DNA of 20,000 nucleotides from an uncultured virus (IMG/VR IMGVR_UViG_3300033158_000302) (IMGVR_UViG_3300033158_000302), one strand, 5' to 3'. Counted from the first letter of the stretch, positions 9,768 to 17,900 are shown. A program made the numbers and translations. The notes: generated by a model not told the origin, from the letters alone.

Positions 9768-10855
9768 GCCGGCTAGCCGACACCGGCCCCGCCACCCAAC
9801 TGCTGACCACCGCCCCCGACGGCAGCAGCGCCCGCTACCTCGGCCGCATCGGGCCTGTGGCCAACATCGTCTACGGCGACACCCTGGCCGGCGGCCCAGA
9901 ACAGCTCACCTGCACCGTCCAGGCCGACCCGTCCCGGCAAGATGACGCCCTGGCCCCCGGCCGGCTGGTCCGCGGCATCCGCGGCGCCTCCATCATCTGG
10001 GAAGGCACCCTCGACCAGCCGGTGCCCGGCGACGACGGCTGGGAACTCACCGCCTCCGGCGCCGGCACCTGGGGCAGCAAATTCCGTGCCGTCTACACCT
10101 CATGGACCGGCGAAAACGTCATCGACACCGCCATCAGCAACGGGCTGCGGTGGATACGCGGCACCGTGTCCGGCGGTTACCTCGCCGAACCCCGCGACTC
10201 CGCCTCCATCAGCGTCACCGAATTCCTCAACCTGATCACCTCACCCGGCTCCAAAACCTGGCACGTCACCCGCACCCCCGCCGGGCTGAAAGTCAACCTG
10301 ATCGACATCCCCACCACCCCCACCCGGATCCTGATCACCGACGTGCCCTCGGTCCGCACCCTCGCCGGCTACATCAACGTGCTCCGGGTCCGCTACCAGG
10401 CAACCGCCGACACCGGCTCGGTCCCCGCCACCTACGGGCTCGCGGTCGCCTACAACCCCGACGCCAAAACCAAATACGGGGTCAGCGAACAATACTGGGA
10501 CCTGTCCCCGGCCGGGGTCATAACCTACAGCGCCGCCGGCGCCTACGGCGTCGCCGCCCTCAACAAATACACCGACGCCTTCTGGGGCAGCCCGCTGACC
10601 ATCAGCCCCGGCCAGTACCTCACCATGGGCGGCGTCCCCGTCGACCTGGGATGCGAAAAAGCGGGGGAAGTGGCCCGGCTCGTCCTCGCCGACGGCCCCT
10701 ACAGCGGCCAGCTATCCCCCACCCCCGTCACCTTCCCCGTCGGGAAAATCAGCTACAACAACAGCACCGGCACCGCCCAGGTCACCCCCTTCCAGTCGGT
10801 GGCCACCGACTGGAGTTCGCTGCTGGACATCCTCGCGCCGAAGGCACCCGCATGA
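9761..10855 (+). CDS. Minor tail protein, hub or Tal-like (364 aa)
   Basis: Overlaps the upstream stop; follows the Dit-like gene; RGASIIWEGTLDQP motif typical of this position. Confidence 0.7.
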   Translation: MVSRLADTGPATQLLTTAPDGSSARYLGRIGPVANIVYGDTLAGGPEQLTCTVQADPSRQDDALAPGRLVRGIRGASIIWEGTLDQPVPGDDGWELTASGAGTWGSKFRAVYTSWTGENVIDTAISNGLRWIRGTVSGGYLAEPRDSASISVTEFLNLITSPGSKTWHVTRTPAGLKVNLIDIPTTPTRILITDVPSVRTLAGYINVLRVRYQATADTGSVPATYGLAVAYNPDAKTKYGVSEQYWDLSPAGVITYSAAGAYGVAALNKYTDAFWGSPLTISPGQYLTMGGVPVDLGCEKAGEVARLVLADGPYSGQLSPTPVTFPVGKISYNNSTGTAQVTPFQSVATDWSSLLDILAPKAPA

Positions 10856-11355
10856 GCAACCTGGCCACCGTCACCGCCAAAACACACCACCTCGCGCAAC
10901 GGATCGACGGCTACATCACCGCCGCCGCTGCCCGCTTCACCAGCGCAGAAACCCGGCTCACCAGCGCAGAAACCCGGCTCACCAACGATGAAGCCGGCAT
11001 CGCCGGCGGCAGCTATGCGATCGTCACCAATTTCGCTAACTCATGGACGGTGTTCGCCAGCCGCAGCCTGGGCGTCAAAACAATCGAAGGCGGGCACGCC
11101 GCCCGCATCACCGGGCAGCTCACCGCCGGCGGCACAGCCGACGGCACCACCGTCTGCGCACTGCCCAGCATGACGTATGCCCCCGGCCGGCTCGAAACGG
11201 TCCTTGTCGGATTCGCCGGCGGCACCCAGAACGCCGGCGCCATCCCTTACCTGGAAATCGACACCGGCGGGATCGTGAAAATATACGGGGCCGGTGGCGC
11301 CGCCGGCGGCCACTGGGTCGTCACCGGCACCTACCCGCTCGACACCACCAGCTAG
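10852..11355 (+). CDS. Short tail fibre or receptor-binding-like protein (167 aa)
   Basis: ATGA overlap start at 10852. Heptad coiled coil (RFTSAETRLTSAETRLT) followed by a beta-rich head (GQLTAGGTADGTTVCALP...P...LEIDTGGIVKIY). Confidence 0.65.
   Translation: MSNLATVTAKTHHLAQRIDGYITAAAARFTSAETRLTSAETRLTNDEAGIAGGSYAIVTNFANSWTVFASRSLGVKTIEGGHAARITGQLTAGGTADGTTVCALPSMTYAPGRLETVLVGFAGGTQNAGAIPYLEIDTGGIVKIYGAGGAAGGHWVVTGTYPLDTTS
10937..10984 (+). repeat. 21-bp perfect tandem repeat (2.3 copies) encoding a heptad
   Basis: tcaccagcgcagaaacccggc twice, then tcacca. Confidence 0.9.
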
Positions 11356-11417
11356 CCCGTAGCAGCAGCCCAAATGAGGCGCGCGCCGGCATCCGATCGA
11401 CTGCAGAAGGAGCCCCG

Positions 11418-11711
11418 ATGGCGGGAATCACCGGCCCCTGGGACGCTGAACTGAACACCGCCGGAACGTACGTCGTCAACCTCATCCGCGCAGTCGCCGA
11501 CCTTGAACGCCACCACAACTGGCTGATCACCGTCGACGCCTCCGGGGAAGCGGACTGGAAAACCCAAGGCGCCGACGATCAGCAAATCGCCACCCTGCGC
11601 GGCGCCTTCGACCAGCTCCACCAGGCCGCCCAGGTCATCTATGGCAATGCGGCGCAACCGGACCCGCAAAGCCTGCTCGACTACGCCTGGCAGCTCACCA
11701 AAGGCCAGTAA
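11418..11711 (+). CDS. Hypothetical helical protein (97 aa)
   Basis: ATG at 11418 after AAGGAG; MAGITGPWDAEL...; codon use matches flanking genes. Confidence 0.7.
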   Translation: MAGITGPWDAELNTAGTYVVNLIRAVADLERHHNWLITVDASGEADWKTQGADDQQIATLRGAFDQLHQAAQVIYGNAAQPDPQSLLDYAWQLTKGQ

Positions 11712-11774
11712 GGACCGCGCCATGGCGGCGGCGCGGCCTGGGGGGGCAGAATCTGGCCAGAAAGAAGTCCCCTG

Positions 11775-12203
11775 ATGATGACATGGCCGGCGCTGCGGCA
11801 GCGGATAGGGCACCGCGGCGCGTTCCTGCTCTGCGTCGCCGCCTACGACCTGTTCTACGGCTGGTATCTGGCGATCGGCGGCGCCATCGAGCATGCGCCG
11901 CTCATCCCCGAACAGGTATGGGGTGGCCTGTGGCTCGCCGCCGCGCTGGTGCTGTTCGCCGGGGCGTTCTTCCGCCACGACGCGATCTTTTTCGCCGCCG
12001 GGATCCTCATCAAAATGGTGTGGGCACTGGAATATTTCCGTCTCGACTTTCAGGCACACGTCCCCGGTGACTGGCTGCGCGGCTGCTACTGGCTGGCGCT
12101 GGCCGCCGCACTGGTCACGGTCGCCTTCTGGCCGGAACCAGCCAAACTAACCAAACCGCCCGGCCCGGACATTGACGTTGTGCAGCGGGCGAGGGACGCA
12201 TGA
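11775..12203 (+). CDS. Multi-pass membrane protein of the lysis cassette (holin candidate)
   Basis: About four hydrophobic segments; upstream of the endolysin. Confidence 0.65.
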   Translation: MMTWPALRQRIGHRGAFLLCVAAYDLFYGWYLAIGGAIEHAPLIPEQVWGGLWLAAALVLFAGAFFRHDAIFFAAGILIKMVWALEYFRLDFQAHVPGDWLRGCYWLALAAALVTVAFWPEPAKLTKPPGPDIDVVQRARDA

Positions 12204-12589
12204 CCTGGCAGGGCCGCCGCCGGCCGCACCGCGCCGCCGTCCTGGCCATCTGGTCAGCGCTCACCTGCGCCTACGGGGCAGGGCTCATCGCCGGCTACCG
12301 GCCAACGTTCACCGCCGCCCTGCACCTCGACGTCGCGGTATTCGCGTGGGCGTTCATCGCCGCCGCCATCATCGTCGCTACCGGGATTTTCACCCGCACC
12401 GACCGGTGGCAGTTCGCGGTCGGGGAACTGGCCAGCGCCGGCTGGGGGCTGCTGCTGTGCACCCACTGGACCCAGCCGTACGGGTGGGCGTCCGGGATGA
12501 GCTGGATGATGACCTCGGCGATGCTGCTGGTCGTTTCGTTCTGGCGGGAACCCCCCACGATCATCAATCCCCCGGACCCGGAGCCATGA
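12200..12589 (+). CDS. Multi-pass membrane protein, likely paralog of the preceding gene
   Basis: ATGA overlap; about four hydrophobic segments; shares MTW...HR..(V/F)L N-terminus and (V)xFWxEP C-terminus with 11775-12203. Confidence 0.65.
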   Translation: MTWQGRRRPHRAAVLAIWSALTCAYGAGLIAGYRPTFTAALHLDVAVFAWAFIAAAIIVATGIFTRTDRWQFAVGELASAGWGLLLCTHWTQPYGWASGMSWMMTSAMLLVVSFWREPPTIINPPDPEP

Positions 12590-12948
12590 CCGCAACCGCG
12601 TTTAACATCCTGGTCGCTGTCATATCCGTCGCTGTCTCCGGTGCCGCGTTCTACGGCGCCAACCAGGCCACCCGCGCCCGCGCCCGCAGCGACAACCGGG
12701 CCGTCGACGCCGCCGCCTACGCCCGCGCCACCGACATTTACGAATCGACCATCGCCGCGCTCAGAGCTGAGATCGCCCGGCTCACCAGCGACGTGCAAGC
12801 CGCCCGCACCGAAATCGCGGAAGTCCGGGCCGAACTGACCCGGATGCAAACCGCTCACAACCGGCTCGCCGCCAAACTAGCCGCCTACGGCGATCCCGGC
12901 GGGCAGTCGCCGGCCTTAGCCACGTCCCCGGGAAGGACCCCCTGTTGA
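12586..12948 (+). CDS. Single-TM plus coiled-coil lysis-cassette protein (120 aa)
   Basis: ATGA overlap at 12586; N-terminal hydrophobic helix, then the heptad pattern IAALRAEIARLTSDVQAARTEIAEVRAEL. Confidence 0.7.
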   Translation: MTATAFNILVAVISVAVSGAAFYGANQATRARARSDNRAVDAAAYARATDIYESTIAALRAEIARLTSDVQAARTEIAEVRAELTRMQTAHNRLAAKLAAYGDPGGQSPALATSPGRTPC

Positions 12949-14177
12949 CCACCACATACCTGCTGGACATATCCGGCTACCAGCCCGGTATCACCCTCGG
13001 CGGCTGGGGCGCGGTCGCGATCAAAATCACCGAAGGCACCGGCTACTGCAACGGTTCCGCCGCCGCGCAAATCGCTGAAGCGAACCGGTGCGGGGCCTGG
13101 GTGATCGGCTACCACTTCCTGCACGCCGGGAACGCCGCCGCCCAGGCCGCACACGCCCTGGCTGAAATGCGCTCGCACGGCATCGGCGGCCAGCCGCTGA
13201 TGGTCGACGTTGAACTGACCACCGCCGTCTACCGGGCACTGAAAGACGCCGGCCACGACCTCGACGCCATCGTGCCACCCGAGGCACAGGCCCGGATAGA
13301 ACGGGTCAGTGAGGAACGCGGCGCCCAGTCACTACCGCAGCTCGCCGACATCACCGGATTCGTCGACGCCTACCGGGCCGGCGGCGGCATCTGCCGCGTC
13401 TCCTACCTGCCCCACTGGTACTGGCAGGGCTACATGGGCTCAGTGTCCCTGGCGGCGCTGGCCAGCCGCGGCGTCGCCCTCTGGTCCTCGGCCTACACCA
13501 GCTACACCGACGCGGACAGCGGCACCGGCTGGCAGCCGTACGGCGGCCTCGTCCCCGAACTGTGGCAATACACCGCCAGCCTGAAAACCGGCGGTTACGA
13601 CGCGGTCGACTGCTCCGCGCACCGCAACACCCTCGACCACCTCAAAACCATCCTCGGCGGCAGCGGCCCCAGCCCCGACCCCACCATCAGCCAAGGCGAC
13701 ACCGGTCCCGCCGTCACCAAAGCGCAGCAGCGGCTCAACGCCTGGGGCGCGTCCCCGCCACTCACCGTCGACGGCGACTTCGGCCCCGCCACCTTGGCCG
13801 CCGCCGAAACCTTCCAGCGCGCCCACAGCCTCACCGTCGACGGGATCATCGGCCCCGCCACCTGGGCCGAACTGAACAAAACCCCCAACCCGCCCGGCGC
13901 GCTGCCCGCCCCCGCCTGGGTCGCCGCCGACCCCAAACGGGTCCCCATCATGTGGCCGGCGATCAACCCCGGCAGCATCCCGTTCACCGGCTACAGCGTC
14001 CAGGCCGTCCAGCTCAACGGTGTCGTCGCCCAAGAATTCACTGTCCCCGCCGACCAGCCGTGGGCGGTCGTCAACAGCCTGGTGCCCGGCTGGACCTACC
14101 GCATCAGGGTGTGGGCCAACGGCGGCCCCGTCGCTCCCGCCGCTGCGGAAATGACCTACACGATGCCGGCGGCATGA
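12945..14177 (+). CDS. Endolysin: GH25 muramidase, peptidoglycan-binding domain and FN3-like domain (410 aa)
   Basis: GH25 motifs DISGYQ, KITEG, GYHF, DVE, LWQYT. PG_binding_1 repeats VDGDFGPAT and VDGIIGPATW. C-terminal LVPGWTYRIRVWAN. TTG start after GGAAGGA. Confidence 0.9.
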   Translation: MTTTYLLDISGYQPGITLGGWGAVAIKITEGTGYCNGSAAAQIAEANRCGAWVIGYHFLHAGNAAAQAAHALAEMRSHGIGGQPLMVDVELTTAVYRALKDAGHDLDAIVPPEAQARIERVSEERGAQSLPQLADITGFVDAYRAGGGICRVSYLPHWYWQGYMGSVSLAALASRGVALWSSAYTSYTDADSGTGWQPYGGLVPELWQYTASLKTGGYDAVDCSAHRNTLDHLKTILGGSGPSPDPTISQGDTGPAVTKAQQRLNAWGASPPLTVDGDFGPATLAAAETFQRAHSLTVDGIIGPATWAELNKTPNPPGALPAPAWVAADPKRVPIMWPAINPGSIPFTGYSVQAVQLNGVVAQEFTVPADQPWAVVNSLVPGWTYRIRVWANGGPVAPAAAEMTYTMPAA

Positions 14178-14701
14178 CCACCAGCCAGCCCGGTGTCACC
14201 CCGCTGCCCGGCGACTGGGCCGTCTGCAAAGTCACCGGCCCCGGCAACAAGGTCGAATGGATGCAGCGGCTATCCGGCGGCGGCCGTGCCGCATGTGAAT
14301 ACGTTCACGCCGTCTACCTCGTCGCGCCCGGAATCATCGTCGAAGCTGTCCCAAGCGGTGCGCGGCGCGTCCCCGTGCACTACCCCGCCGCCACCCTCTG
14401 GTGGTCAACCGGGCTCATCCCCAAGACCGACGCTGCCCGGATAAAGTCGATCGCCGCTGCCAACAGTTACGCGGATCGCAAGACGGGCTACTCCTACCTT
14501 GATTACGCAGCGATCGGGCTGCACGCCTGGCACATTCCCGCCCCCGGGCTACGCGGGTACATCGCAAGCACCGGGCACGAAATTTGCAGTCAGCTCGTCG
14601 ACCAGATCGAACTCGATGGAGGGACGCACCTGTTCAACGACGGGCGGTGGCCCGGGTACGTCCGCCCGCTCGACCTCGCCGACCTGCTTGGCGCACCCTG
14701 A
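14174..14701 (+). CDS. Permuted papain-like amidase, YaeF/YiiX (C92) type (175 aa)
   Basis: ATGA overlap at 14174. Motif order PGD, YVHAVY, IVEA, GYSYLDY, ICSQLVD puts His before Cys, as in permuted NlpC/P60 enzymes. Confidence 0.8.
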   Translation: MTTSQPGVTPLPGDWAVCKVTGPGNKVEWMQRLSGGGRAACEYVHAVYLVAPGIIVEAVPSGARRVPVHYPAATLWWSTGLIPKTDAARIKSIAAANSYADRKTGYSYLDYAAIGLHAWHIPAPGLRGYIASTGHEICSQLVDQIELDGGTHLFNDGRWPGYVRPLDLADLLGAP

Positions 14702-14749
14702 CCCGCAGCGAGGGGAAGAAGGAGAGGACCCGGCGCGGCCGGCGGCCGG

Positions 14750-14814
14750 GCAGACCAGATGGCCCGCGGGATTCGAACCCGCACCGGCAAGGATTCAAAC
14801 CCGACGAGCGGGCC
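14750..14814 (-). other. tRNA-like fragment: perfect T-arm with a degenerate anticodon-like arm; not a complete tRNA
   Basis: Minus strand GCGGG-TTCGAAT-CCCGC at 14766-14782, preceded by GGG-TTTGAAT-CCT and a 5-nt spacer. No recognisable D-arm. Confidence 0.4.
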
Positions 14815-15012
14815 GATGATCCCGCGCTCTGCCGCCACCGTCTCTCTCTGCCGTCAGTTTTGGGTCCATGGCCAGGGCCGATTCTTTCGGTCCCGGGGAG
14901 ACGCCCTCACGCGCGTGCCCAGCGCGGAAGCCACCTGGGCCGCTCATACTAGCAAGGCAGGTTTCCCCGGAACCGGTGCCCGCGCGGCGGCTCGCGCGGC
15001 ACGCTGGACGTC

Positions 15013-15255
15013 ATGACGGAAACGTCCCGGGCCTACGGCCGGTGCCCCAACTGCGGCCGGGTCATCGCCGGCCGCGCCGACGGCATCCAGCGCGGTGCTG
15101 CCGCCCGGACCTGGGTGCTGCTGGCCCCGCACAGTTATCCTGGACGCCGCCGCCGCACCGTCGTGTGCCTCCCCCGCGGCGCGCGGCTCCGTGTCCCCCG
15201 CATCCCGCCCACAGACCTGGCAAAGGACCCCGCATGGCTATCTCCGCGTCACTGA
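15013..15255 (+). CDS. Hypothetical small basic protein, possible zinc ribbon (80 aa)
   Basis: CPNCGR plus later His and Cys; weak RBS. Confidence 0.5.
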   Translation: MTETSRAYGRCPNCGRVIAGRADGIQRGAAARTWVLLAPHSYPGRRRRTVVCLPRGARLRVPRIPPTDLAKDPAWLSPRH

Positions 15256-15512
15256 CCGTCACACCCTCCGCCCCCGCGCACGGCGACACCGTGACCGCCA
15301 CTTACCATGTCACCGGCAACGACCCGGTGCCCGCACACTCGGCCACCATCGACGGTGACGTCACCGTCGGCAGCCAGGACCTGGCCGTCTCCACCACCAT
15401 CACCCTGCCCGGCACCCCGGCCCTGCCGCAGACGTTCGCTCTCCCCACCTGCCCGGGCCTGACCTTCAGCGCCACCGCCGACCCGGCTGTGTTCACCGCC
15501 GTCGTGCCCTGA
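15234..15512 (+). CDS. Small beta-rich, Ig-like hypothetical protein (92 aa)
   Basis: ATG at 15234 after AAAGGA; LTVTPSAPAHGDTVTATYHV strand pattern. Confidence 0.7.
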   Translation: MAISASLTVTPSAPAHGDTVTATYHVTGNDPVPAHSATIDGDVTVGSQDLAVSTTITLPGTPALPQTFALPTCPGLTFSATADPAVFTAVVP

Positions 15513-15631
15513 TGGCCACCATCAGCGGCAGCGTCCAGGTCGGCCCCGTCAGTTACCCGGTCACCGCCGCAATCACCCTGCCCCCCGCCGCCAGCAAACC
15601 CGGAAAGGCCACCCGCCGGCGGCCGGCCTGA
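15512..15631 (+). CDS. 39-aa microprotein paralogous to the middle of the upstream protein
   Basis: TGATG coupling; MATISGSVQVGPVSYPVTAAITLPPAASKPGKATRRRPA*. Too short for the supplied ORF track. Confidence 0.6.
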   Translation: MATISGSVQVGPVSYPVTAAITLPPAASKPGKATRRRPA

Positions 15632-15663
15632 TACCGTAACCGTGACGGAAGCTGTCGGCTAAA

Positions 15664-15701
15664 CGAAAGCGGCCCCCCAATCGCCCGGGGGGCCGCTTTC
15701 G
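15664..15701. terminator. Probable bidirectional intrinsic terminator
   Basis: Perfect 15-bp inverted repeat cgaaagcggcccccc / ggggggccgctttcg between convergent transcription units. Confidence 0.75.
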
Positions 15702-15721
15702 CGCTGTCCAGGGGTCAGTCA

Positions 15722-15970
15722 TTGACATCCTCCCCGCCCTGAACGGCGGGGATTCCACGGAGCGGTTTCAAGCTAGGCACCCTCAGCATAAGGCAGGGCG
15801 GGCACCGGTTTTGCTGTCCGGTATAGCCCGCCCCGCTCGTTGACCTCTCCCACGGGAGAGGAAGTGCCTAGCCGCCGCTCCGTGGGGGTTCCTGCTTCAG
15901 CGCGGCAATGCCAGGTTGCCCTGGTCTTACGTCCGCTCCACAGGCGTGACTTCCCGCCAGCCCGGCGGTA
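15722..15970 (-). ncRNA. TnpB omegaRNA (reRNA)-like scaffold
   Basis: GCCTGTGGAGCGGACGTAAGACC...TGAAGCAGGAA...GGAATCCCCGCCGTTCAGGGCGGGGAGGATGTCAA, the layout typical of IS605 right ends. The 5' boundary is approximate. Confidence 0.7.
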
Positions 15971-16051
15971 GACGCTTGCGCGCACCTGTACGCTACCCCA
16001 GTTTCCGGGCTAACCCCGCCCTGAACGGCGGGGCCTGTGCCCGGCATCGCG
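15722..16051 (-). mobile_element. Non-autonomous IS200/IS605-family element (PATE/MITE-like) with tnpB internally deleted
   Basis: Identical 20-bp hairpins ccccgccctgaacggcgggg at 15732-15751 and 16014-16033. Right end ...GAGGATGTCAA. TnpB C-terminal remnant AGLAGSHACGADVRP...KQEP. TGAC directly 5' of the left end. Confidence 0.85.
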
Positions 16052-16056
16052 GTCAG

Positions 16057-17859
16057 TCAGTCACGCGGAGGTACAGCCACCGGCCCGGCGCCCCCCAGCA
16101 CCGTGCCGGCCGGCACCGGCGCCGTGGCCGGCTGCCACGGGATCCGGGAACCGGCAGGGGCCGCCGGCGTATCCTCCCACGGCCACGGCGCGTCCCGGCC
16201 CGCACCCACCATCCCGATCAGCTTGAAACTCGCATCGGTCAGGCCACCGAACGTGTGCCGGTTCGTCCCGCCAGAAGCCATCGCCCCCGCCGTGTAGCCG
16301 CCGAAATTCCACAAGAACACCGGCACGTCCGCGGACACCATCTCATCGATCCGCCGCGGCGGGCCGCCCCCATACCCGGCCATGTTCGAGGCCAGCCAGC
16401 CCGGCCGGGTCTGCTCATCGGTGATGATCACGACCTGGGTGACGTCCGGGGTCAGCCACTTCGCCAGCGCCCGCGGAATATCGGTACCCTCCCGCACCCC
16501 CGGCTCGCGCGACTGCGGGCTGAACTCATCCACCAGCCCGAGCAGATCAGCGTGCGGCCGGAACCGGATCTGCCGCGAATCACCCCAGAATTCGGCGAGC
16601 ACCGCCTGCTCGGACCGCAACGCCAGCGCCGCCCCGAACAACGCCGCCGCATCCGCCCACGTCATCTGCGAATGCTCACTGAACGGCTGCAACCACATCG
16701 ACGGGGACCGGTCCACCAGAATCAGCACCTTCCCCGGCAGCCGCGGCACATTAGCCAGCGAAGACGTCAGGGCCTGCTGCAACGGCCACGCCCACCGCAG
16801 CCCCGCCGCCCGGCGCGCCGACAAGAACCGGAACGGGAACAGGCCCGACGCGGCGACCGCCTCCGGGTTCGCCAGCTTGGCCGCGACCCGGGCCGCCACC
16901 TCATCAGACATGCCCGTCTCATCCATCGCGCGCAGGTTCGACAGCAACGCCCCATACGGCATCACCGGCACAAGCGCCTCCCACAGCCGCGCCTTATCCA
17001 CCGGCTGCCCGGCCTGCCCCGCCGCCGACAGCACATTCTGCCAGGTCAGCCCGGCCGCATCGAGCCGGGCCGTGTCCGCCAGCACCGCCGGGTCCGCGAC
17101 CGCCTCGGCCAGCAGCGACTCACGGCGCCGCGCCATCGCCGCCACCCCCGCCGGAGGCATACCCCGGCCATGCCGGCGGGCGATCAGCCACTCCCACAAC
17201 CGGGCCTGCCCGGTGTCCCACGCCTGCCGGTGATACCGCGGATTGACCAGCTCCACCACGTCACCGAACCGGAACGGCGCATCCTCCGTGTCATACTTCA
17301 GCACCGTGTACGGCGTCCACAACCGGGGCAGCACATCGGCGATACCCCGCTTGACCGCCACCGGCAGACGCCGCCCATAGGTTTCCAGCCAGTACACGAT
17401 CAGCTCCGCCGGTTCATCGGCGCGGCGCAGCACCGACCCGATCACCCGCCGCGCGCTAGCCTCCGGCGCGGTCACCGGCGCCAGCACCGGTGACCCGTCC
17501 GCGCGGACCGCCCCCAGCGCCGCCGCGAGCCGGCGGGCCGCCACGAAATCAGCGGCACCCTCAACCGGCGCCAGCCGCAGCCCACCCGGGCCGCGCAGCC
17601 AGCCGAGCAGCCCCGCCGTCCACACCGGATCCGTGACCGCAGCCTCACGGACCATCGCGTGGAACCGGGTCACCCGCTCATCGCGTCCCTCATGCACGGT
17701 TTTCTCACCCGGCAGATACCCGGCCGCGAGCAGAAACAGCGCGCTCCGCAAATCGCGGGTGACCGCCGGGGCGCCCAGCGCCGTCAGCTCCCCCGTCGCC
17801 GCCCCGAACACCGGCGACGTCGCCACCGTGTGAACCCGGCCCCGATTCCGCTTCGTCAC
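16057..17859 (-). CDS. TROVE-domain Ro60/Rsr-like RNA-binding protein with C-terminal VWA domain (600 aa)
   Basis: GTG at 17859 after GGAGGAG. TROVE-type segments LFLLA, DPVWTAGLLGWLR, RADEPAE, VKRGIAD, ALLSNLRAM, LFPFRFLSA. VWA motifs ILVDRSPSM, GTD, VVIITDEQ, WNFGGY. Confidence 0.9.
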   Translation of the reverse strand: MTKRNRGRVHTVATSPVFGAATGELTALGAPAVTRDLRSALFLLAAGYLPGEKTVHEGRDERVTRFHAMVREAAVTDPVWTAGLLGWLRGPGGLRLAPVEGAADFVAARRLAAALGAVRADGSPVLAPVTAPEASARRVIGSVLRRADEPAELIVYWLETYGRRLPVAVKRGIADVLPRLWTPYTVLKYDTEDAPFRFGDVVELVNPRYHRQAWDTGQARLWEWLIARRHGRGMPPAGVAAMARRRESLLAEAVADPAVLADTARLDAAGLTWQNVLSAAGQAGQPVDKARLWEALVPVMPYGALLSNLRAMDETGMSDEVAARVAAKLANPEAVAASGLFPFRFLSARRAAGLRWAWPLQQALTSSLANVPRLPGKVLILVDRSPSMWLQPFSEHSQMTWADAAALFGAALALRSEQAVLAEFWGDSRQIRFRPHADLLGLVDEFSPQSREPGVREGTDIPRALAKWLTPDVTQVVIITDEQTRPGWLASNMAGYGGGPPRRIDEMVSADVPVFLWNFGGYTAGAMASGGTNRHTFGGLTDASFKLIGMVGAGRDAPWPWEDTPAAPAGSRIPWQPATAPVPAGTVLGGAGPVAVPPRD

Positions 17860-17887
17860 GATCTCTCCTCCAGACAGGGGAGAGACC
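17860..17887 (-). promoter_or_regulatory. Hairpin covering the TROVE ribosome binding site
   Basis: Minus strand GGUCUCUCC pairs with GGAGAGAUC and ends immediately before the GTG start. Confidence 0.55.
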
Positions 17888-17900
17888 ACAGCTATGCGCG

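Noticed and set aside
6228..11355. Diversity-generating retroelement target in tail genes
   Set aside because: No reverse transcriptase and no template/variable repeat pair differing at adenines was seen in the window.
14750..14830. Complete functional tRNA gene
   Set aside because: No D-arm and no 7-bp acceptor stem at canonical spacing.
15755..15885. Hammerhead, twister or hairpin ribozyme
   Set aside because: Conserved catalytic cores such as CUGANGA/GAAA were not found in the right context on either strand.
15773..15985. 70-aa minus-strand ORF as a real gene
   Set aside because: Lies within the IS remnant and is best explained as a tnpB deletion junction read out of frame.
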